DNA from: Paraspadella gotoi
Taxonomy: Eukaryota; Animalia; Chaetognatha
Assembly (NCBI GenBank): GCA_051294375.1
Contig: CM119267.1
Span: 8,102,683 to 8,166,682, forward strand
Direction: 5' to 3'
Length of the DNA: 64,000 nucleotides
Below, piece after piece: positions 57,516-64,000 of the stretch (its first letter is position 1; every line of letters begins with the position of its first letter). The position numbers were made by a program, and so were the translations under genes. The notes beneath the pieces were generated by a model that was given only the letters and a program-made list of their open reading frames with translations, had not been told where the DNA came from and made no database searches.

Positions 57516-58543
57516 ATTTTTCAGAGGAAATTGAAGAAGAGCGGGAAAAATGCGTTTCCCTTCCCGCTGTTGACTTTTCGCTAAGTCCTCTCCTCTGTGA
57601 ATTAGCGGCTGTTCATTTGTTCTTCCAGCCAACGACCTCTGGGTTGAAGGGGAGACGATGGTTTGTAGTCGTGGGAAGAAACGAGGTTGACGAGACTTTG
57701 AAAGGATACTACGATAGGTCCATCGGAGGTAAAGCGATTTAATGGGCGAGAAAGGTTTTTTCTTAGAATTTGACAGATTGAAACTTGCGATTTGATTTGT
57801 GACATGATTTTTAATTTTTAACTTTATTTTCTGTCAGATTTTTTTCGATAATTCAAATTCCGGCTTCGAAATGGAACGAGGAAAGAATTGACAAAACTTG
57901 TGAAACGAGGAAGAGGAGAGAAAAGTTTGTAGCGAAGGGAAGAGAGGGTGAAAAAAAAAGCTAATTGGGATAAGAGATGGTGAAAGGAAAAAAGGGATAT
58001 CTGATATGATAGAGAAATATAACCGGAGAGGGGGTTGGGGGAAAAAAAATCTAAACATAAGACAAGAGAAAGTTAATTAAAAAAAGAGGGAGAAAAGAAA
58101 GAGAGGAGGGGAAAAGGGGAAAGAAAATTTGAGAAGGAGAGAAGGAGAGAAAAAGAAGAAACATTTTTTTTAATTTTAAATAACGAGAGGGAGAGAGAGG
58201 GGGGGGAGAAGGCGAGAAGAAGAGGGGATTTATGAGAGAATAGATGATTTGGAGACAGAGGGCGGGGGGAGAGTCGAAGAAAGGGAAAGACGAGCTTCCA
58301 TCAATATTTGCATGAAGAGATGAAACAATCTATGTACGCGACGACGAGAGGCTGTGGAAAGAGGGCGTGTGTGGTTGAGGGGGAGGGGGGCGCGAAAGAG
58401 AAAACGCAACGAAACCAATTCCACTTTTTATGCGCGTATAAATCGCCTCAAATGAAGCGAGAGAGAAGAGGAAGAAAGGATGAAAAACGCCGGAGGGAGA
58501 TGGGGGGGAGGGAGGGAGGGAGGGAGGAGAGAGGAGAGAGAGA

Positions 58544-58611
<68 letters not shown>

Positions 58612-59001
58612 GAAGAGAGAGAGCGAACGCGAATGAGAGATTGAGTGTAAATTAGTTTTGCAGATTTTTTTTTCCTCCTTTTTTTTTTCCATTCCGCTCA
58701 TAATTTTTTTTTTTTCGAGTGAGTATTGATTATTTCCTTCCTTTTTATAAAAACTGCGCATAAGGTTTACAGTTCATCTCGTGGCGACGTGAGTTTAATA
58801 ACCAATGATTCGCGCCAATCTTACCAAACCTCGCGAAAAAGAAACGTCCTTCGCTTCGTTGGAAAAGAAAAAAAAATAATCGTCACATCGGGCTAAGAGT
58901 GGCGTAAGAAAAAAGAAAAAAAAGAAAAGAGTTAAGATTAAAATCGTTCTAATCGTACATTAATTCGAATGCAAAATATATTAATATATATAGATTATTG
59001 A

Positions 59002-59238
59002 TTAGCTAACTAATTCGGCCTTATCCCCGTCTCCGTCGGACAAGGAGGACATGATGGCCTCGAAATGTCTCTTCCCGTCCAGAAACATCATGTATTCGGC
59101 GTAAGTCTTGGGCATCACTACAGGAACGCGTTCGTCTTGCTGCGTGGAGAAAGTGAAGTAGAAGATGTTGCTCGTTTCTGATTTCGCCTCCGTCGGTTGA
59201 CTCACTTCCGCGTGAACTCTGATCTGCATGTAGGAGTT
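59002..59238 (-). CDS. ACOT9: ACOT9-like exon 6 (last)
   Basis: NSYMQIRVHAEV...TSNIFYFTF...VPVVMPKTYAEYMMFLDGKRHF matches the ACOT9 C-terminus; TAA at 59002-59004. Confidence 0.9.
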   Translation of the reverse strand, partial: NSYMQIRVHAEVSQPTEAKSETSNIFYFTFSTQQDERVPVVMPKTYAEYMMFLDGKRHFEAIMSSLSDGDGDKAELVS

Positions 59239-59517
59239 CTTTTTTTTTTTTTTGGAGGGGGGGGGGAGAATTTAGGAAAGTCAATCTTTCGTAAGGCTCG
59301 GATAAGTTATCAGTTGATAATATTAATATATTATAGTAGAGCATTTTTTATTTTTACTTAGAGACATTGTATTGAGACTTCCTTAGCTTCGATTATAAAT
59401 TTGTCAACAAACGATTTGTTTTTTTATTTGGGGAAAAAAGTACACGTTTCGACTCGTGTTGCGATCCTTCATAGTGAATTTTTACTTAAAAATTGTGAGA
59501 GTTTAAAAAGTAGTTTT

Positions 59518-59665
59518 GCAAACTGATATTGTATATATGTCAGTTGGTTTCTTGTCTTGCCTTGTCTCCTGCCTCTCCAAACTGATACTGTATGTCAGTT
59601 GGTCTTTCGTCTTGTCTTGTCGTGTCTATTCTTGTCCCTAGCCTCTCCAAACTGATATTGTATGA
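59518..59665. repeat. ~60-70-bp tandem repeat (~2.3 copies) in ACOT9 intron 5
   Basis: CAAACTGATAYTGTAT...GTCAGTTGGT...GCCTCTC units, each with an AACTGA/TCAGTT hairpin. Confidence 0.75.
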
Positions 59666-59820
59666 AATTGGTACGACCAATATAAAAATTATCCATTCAT
59701 TTAATAAATAAGCTATTTTACCCCTGACTTTGGACAGGCTTTGGTGGTTTAAGGCCTCCATCACTCTTACTCTTAATGTCGGTTGATCTCTCTTGTCTTA
59801 TCTCTCGCCCAATTCCAAAC

Positions 59821-60009
59821 CTTCGTGAAGACGATGACGCTGGAAAGGAAGAGGAGTGTGCCGATCTCGACGGGACGTTGGAAGACGATGTCGTCGATGG
59901 CGATCATGACCGGAAGCTTCTTCGCGTAGCGGACGGCGTTCGTCCACGCCAGCTCGAAGGCTTGACCCATCAAGTAACCGCCGAATATTTTGTTGTATAG
60001 GTTACGGTT
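59821..60009 (-). CDS. ACOT9: ACOT9-like exon 5
   Basis: NRNLYNKIFGGYLMGQAFELAW...IDDIVFQRPVEIGTLLFLSS is the second hotdog domain. Acceptor ttttcag|, donor |GTTTGG. Confidence 0.93.
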
Positions 60010-60041
60010 CTGAAAAAAAAAAATATTTGTTATTATTCTTC

Positions 60042-60173
60042 TGATTATTACGTTCTTCAGCGGCCATTGGTTCAGGAGGCAAGTCATTCCGGGGTTTTAG
60101 CCTGATGGCCACTTCGCAGTTAAAACGGACGGGGCGCTAAATCTGCCTGTAACATGGTGTTACAGCATGATTA
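60042..60173 (+). mobile_element. Truncated copy (B) of the twister-bearing element, in ACOT9 intron 4 and antisense to the gene
   Basis: GTTCTTCAGCGGCCATTGGTTCAGG aligns with copy A GTTCTTTCACAGCGCGTCAGTGGCTCAG. GGACGGGGCGCTAAATCTGCCTGTAACATGGTGTTACAGC aligns with copy A GGACCGGCGTAACCCGCCTGTAGGCATGGGCCTACTGC. Flanked by TGATTA at 60042-60047 and 60168-60173; P4/L4 missing. Confidence 0.65.
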
Positions 60174-60319
60174 GAAACAAAGGGACTATTTATATTGAAC
60201 GGTTCTGTCACAAACTCATAACAATTATTTCTGTCTTTTCTGTTAAATTTTCTCAGCAGAAATAAAAATCAAGAGCCAAAATTTGGTATTGCTGTGCAAT
60301 TGTATTTGCGATGACTCGC

Positions 60320-60475
60320 TTGTGGATGGTTGATGAGGACGTTTTTGAGCATCGTCGAGTGCATCCAGACAGAATTCTCCGGTTTGTATCGAACGCTGAA
60401 CATCTTCGACTTTTCGTCCATCGTTTCCAGGAACATCGAGTGGATGAGTCGCGATTCTTCGGCCGATGGTGACTC
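60320..60475 (-). CDS. ACOT9: ACOT9-like exon 4
   Basis: ESPSAEESRLIHSMFLETMD...KPENSVWM...LKNVLINHPQ (52 codons); ends at a GC donor, CAA|GCGAGT. Confidence 0.88.
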
Positions 60476-60636
60476 CTTATCCGAGAAATGGAAAAGTAAT
60501 TGCTGTTGGTAAAATTACTGTCATCTTCGTCTTTGCTTTTTTGTATGCGCTCGTATTAAAACAGAGCTTTACTTCCTTCAACGTTAAAAATGACATTTAA
60601 CCGTCCGATTCTTTCGAAACTTTCCATTTGCCTTAC

Positions 60637-60825
60637 CTTGAACAGTGACTTAATTCCCTCTCTATGCCTCAAGATCTGTCGGCGCTCCCCCTCCAAGAAA
60701 ATGAGTTCCTCGTCTTTGCCCTCGGGTCGAAGCGGCGCGACAAAGGCCGACCCTCGGTTGAAGGGATCACGCGCCACCATAAGGAAACGCGCCTCTAGCG
60801 TCGTCTCGAATCTTTGCTTGGATGA
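60637..60825 (-). CDS. ACOT9: ACOT9-like exon 3
   Basis: SSKQRFETTLEARFLMVARDP...SAFVAPL...EGERR...SLFK; cag| acceptor and |GTAAG donor. Confidence 0.9.
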
Positions 60826-60890
60826 CTGTTGATCACAAGGGCGTCATCCCAATCCATCATCCTATTTCGATTCACACTGCGCGGACCTAC

Positions 60891-61063
60891 TTGCTGCTGT
60901 TGCTGCATTTGCATCGTCACTTCCATCGAGGACCGTCCGACCCACGAAACGTAACCGATGATTTTAATGTCCATATCGGAACGAATAGTTCTTCGCTTCA
61001 AGATGATTTCGTCTACCATTGCGGTGACAATCACTAGAGGAGACTTGTAATCATGGACTTCGT
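60891..61063 (-). CDS. ACOT9: ACOT9-like exon 2
   Basis: SPLVIVTAMVDEI...DIKIIGYVSWVGRSSMEV; cacag| acceptor, |GTAGG donor, phase compatible with exon 1. Confidence 0.92.
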
Positions 61064-61676
61064 CTGTGAAGGAGGTTGTGAAATGTGAATGTTATAATGG
61101 TTCTAGAGAAAAGGTTTTATTACAACAACGATAATATTTTACAAATAAAATATACATTTTCGACTTGTTTCTTTTTACGCGGCTGAAGACTTGTGTTGTA
61201 ATAAAAATCGTAACAAAATAAGTTTCTCTAATCGCAAAACACAACGAAAAGAGAGGATACTAAACGATATATTGATTTTGAGGCGACTTACTACCGGTCT
61301 CTCTCTTTAAACCCTTTCTCTCTCCTCTTTCTCCGAGCCGGTCAATCCACAAGGTCCTTTTACCCTAGCTTTGGCAATGAACTTAGATTGACCGGACACA
61401 GTAATAGGGCCGAGGAGACCGTAAGGTCAAGTTGGTCCGGGCGATGATAAAAGTGGATCAGGAGAGAGCTCGTCTTACTCTTTTTCTACTTCTCTTACAT
61501 CGTCACAATTCTCAACTTCTACTTACTTTTATTATTACTATTTTTACCGCCTTCTACAATTTCAAAATTAGTATTAAAAACAAGGAACGGCAGCTAGAAA
61601 TTATAACAGACAATTCAATTAAATCAGTGGATAAGATAATCCACCTAACAACGCGACCCCATACTGCCTTACATAC

Positions 61677-62109
61677 TCATTTTGTTGTGCATGTAAGCGA
61701 CCCAAACGGCGAGCGTGTCCAAATCCTCCAAGATTTTCCCGAATCTCACGGAAAACATAAAGTTGATGTATTTTTCCCTGATTTTCTCGTCGGAGAGTCT
61801 GACCCAGGCCACTTGCAGTCCCTCCCCAAGCGTCTTGTCGTGCATGTCCCCTTGCGACTTGGACAACAGGCCCAAGAGCTTCTCCCGGTTGCCTTGATCT
61901 TCGGCAAAGTTCGTGGCTCCGACGATATCGGCCAAGCGACCCGTCAACTCCGCCATCTCGAAGGAGGGCGCGTTGGGCGGCGGAGAGAGAATGGGCGTGG
62001 CCTTGCGAGCTGGCGGTTCGTAGGGCGGAGGCTTGGAGCACAGCGTCCGGGCAAAGTCTTGGGCTACGTGTTTAGGAAGGAACGCGCGTGAAAAGATTCT
62101 CGTGGTCAT
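61677..62109 (-). CDS. ACOT9: ACOT9-like acyl-CoA thioesterase exon 1 with probable mitochondrial presequence
   Basis: Arg/Ser/Thr-rich N-terminus MTTRIFSRAFLPK, then REKYINFMFSVRFGKILEDLDTLAVWVAYMH, the ACOT9 hallmark RFGxILEDLD. Donor A|GTATGT. Confidence 0.92.
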
Positions 62110-62464
62110 TTTCGAAAATTAAGACGGATTCTTTTTTTTTTCGTAATGGGCGGTTCATTGAATATCGACTCGTATTAAGATCCTAATTTAGAACGTCATT
62201 ACTTAACCAATTACCAAAGTAAAATAAGTTAATTAACTAAAAAAAAATGCTAAAATATAGATTCGATTGATAATAAAAAGCTGTGGCCAATACACCTTTA
62301 CCGACGTAGAAGTTTCCGGCTGCAGATAACGACGACCCCCTGTCGATCCCTGCCACAGTTTTTTCGAAGCGGCGAAAACGGCCACGTCGAAAAAAAGCGA
62401 TTCGGGGGAAGAGACTGCATTTTATTGGGTTTTAAAAACCCAGAATTGGTCGCTCCTTTTTAAT

Positions 62465-62721
62465 TCTTTATGGTAACAGCCGGGTTGCCTGTGATGCCCA
62501 TTGGGGTGGGGCGTCTCACTGTTGACTTCGGAGGCTTCCGACCCTCAGTGACGCCTCCAGTCACTGGCGCGGTTACCCTTCGACGGTCTCGCTTTGCCAA
62601 CGCAGAGGGAAGTCGTTACGACTGTGGATGGAACACTACGCCTGGGATGGTGTGTTACCCCTCTGAGCCAATAGATTTGGATGTAGGACGTGAGGCGGTG
62701 TGAATATACCGCCACGTCTTT
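62465..62721 (-). mobile_element. Short twister-ribozyme-bearing element (copy C), divergent family member
   Basis: GC-rich island in AT-rich DNA. On the minus strand: a 5' hairpin, then A-box-like TGGCTCAGAGG-GGTAACACACCATCCCA (copy A has TGGCTCAGTGG-ACTAATGCACATCCCA), then the twister. Possible TCTTT TSD at 62465-62469 and 62717-62721 (weak, low complexity). Confidence 0.7.
62521..62601 (-). ncRNA. Putative twister ribozyme, circularly permuted type P5
   Basis: Minus strand reads GUUGGC-AAA-GCGA-GAC-CG-UCGAAGGG-UAA-CCGC-GC-CA-GUGAC(UGGAGGC)GUCAC-UG-AGGG-UCGGAAGC-CUCC-GAA-GUCAAC. This gives P5 GUUGGC/GUCAAC, P2 GCGA/CCGC (3/4), P1 hairpin UC-GAAG-GG, P3, and P4 (3/4) with an 8-nt L4. The T1 pairing CCG/CGG is intact. 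Predicted cut U62575|A62574. Confidence 0.8.
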
Positions 62722-64000
62722 TCGTTATTTGCTATTTTTAATTTTTTTTATAGTTTACAATAGCAATGATTTGTTCGTTGTGTTTGGATTCCGTTAGAGC
62801 ATTAGTTTAATTAGCAGTTATTGACTTCGTTGTTAAATGTCATCACCGCCATAATAATGTATTTTTTTAATTGTTATCTTAACATCTCTCCCCTTTTATT
62901 TTTCCCCGAATGATTGTCCCCGTTCCGTTATCTTCGTTTTATTTGTTTGCATCATGAATAACCAATGACAACAAACGTATTCGTGCGTCGTGCATCGTGA
63001 CAAAGTTGCATCTTTATCTCCAAGTTAACTTCGTCATAGTAGTTTGAAAGTACACTACCTGCAGCCACTCGGATGCCACATCTCTCCCTAGACAAAATAC
63101 CAATCGTATGAAGGCCGTGACGCTGCGTCACGGATCTCAATAATAGCGCCGCCTCAAAGATATAAGGGATGCAGCAACCTCACGTATGTAATTGGACAAA
63201 CGGCGTTCGAGATCCCCGTCATCCTGAGACGGTCGCCGCGTGAAATCGACAAACGCCTTTTCATTTTCCCCGACGTCGATAAAAAACGTCGTAAACGAGT
63301 ATTTTATGGCGCGAGATTCGATAAAATGAAATAAATAAAAAGAGAAAACTGTAAACGAGCGACGTTCTTTCTTCTTTGTCCATCGTCCTCGTCAGCCCGT
63401 AATTACGCGCCATGTTAATTCCTTTCGATCGGAAATTATTAAATTTATGCATGGCCGTGTTAATCTTTTTCGCCAAGAAACGCCGTTGGCTTTTCTCTCT
63501 TTCTGCTTTTCTTTTTTCTGTTTTTTTTTTCTTATCACCTCTTTCCTTTTTTTTTCCTTTGCCTCCCTTTCAAGACGCCCGAACTCGCTCTGTGAAAAGA
63601 GATTAAGATTAATTTTTGTCTCCTCGTTTTGTTCTCGTTTCTCGATTCTTTTAATACGGAATGTCATATCAGAGACCGGGAGAAAAAGTATTTGTTGGTT
63701 CATGTCTACTCCCCGCCGTGTTTCCGTTTATTTGTAAAGAAAGGGAAAATATGTGCATTGTGCGCGTGCAACTATTCTGTAGAACGCCACTTCAAGCATC
63801 CAATTATCAATCGACTGCGTGCGGCCTCCTAAAACGATTTTCAAACCAGACGCGAATCGAGAGCGCGCGTACATTTTTAATTCAACGATCAACTTATGAA
63901 AAGAGCCAATCAACTGCTTTTCTTTTTTCATTTCGCTTTTTTTTTCTCTCTAATTTTTTTTCCGGCTTATCTACTTGATATTCTGTCTCCCTCCTTAGCT

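Noticed and set aside
61369-61392. miR-182-like sequence TTTGGCAATG
   Set aside because: Only 10 nt match, it sits on the 3' arm instead of the 5' arm, and the rest diverges.
62478-62722. 7SK- or SRP-like Pol III RNA on the plus strand (GCCGGG...GCCTGT start, terminal hairpin plus TTTT)
   Set aside because: Lacks the SRP helix-8 motif and the 7SK GGAUGUG/CACAUCC and GAUC motifs; the minus-strand twister and homology to the 54.7-kb insertion explain it better.
62952-63476. Possible coding exon(s) of a further gene at the window end
   Set aside because: Short ORFs with no recognisable homology or consistent splice signals.

Overview
Eukaryotic (probably invertebrate animal) genomic DNA from an error-prone, gap-filled long-read assembly, rich in (AG)n and (GAC)n microsatellites. 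Supported content: (1) a 7.0-kb LTR element at 253-7253 with TG...CA LTRs, a tRNA-Leu-type PBS, a PPT and a near-perfect 5-bp TSD, but no recognisable gag/pol; (2) a minus-strand diacylglycerol lipase gene (DAGL-beta-like, about 4 exons, 51116-54453) plus an inverted partial second copy; (3) a minus-strand six-exon ACOT9-like acyl-CoA thioesterase gene (59002-62109) with a GC-AG intron; (4) large duplications and inversions around exactly-25-N gaps that are mostly assembly artefacts. The main discovery candidate is a family of short (about 250-260 bp, one truncated to about 120 bp) direct-repeat-flanked insertions at about 54.7, 60.1 and 62.5 kb. They share a tRNA A-box-like motif and carry an internal, circularly permuted (type-P5) twister ribozyme whose pseudoknot pairs covary between copies. 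They look like twister-based retrozyme/SINE-like mobile elements, and one is present in only one of the two DAGL upstream copies. All structure assignments are by eye and need computational and biochemical confirmation.
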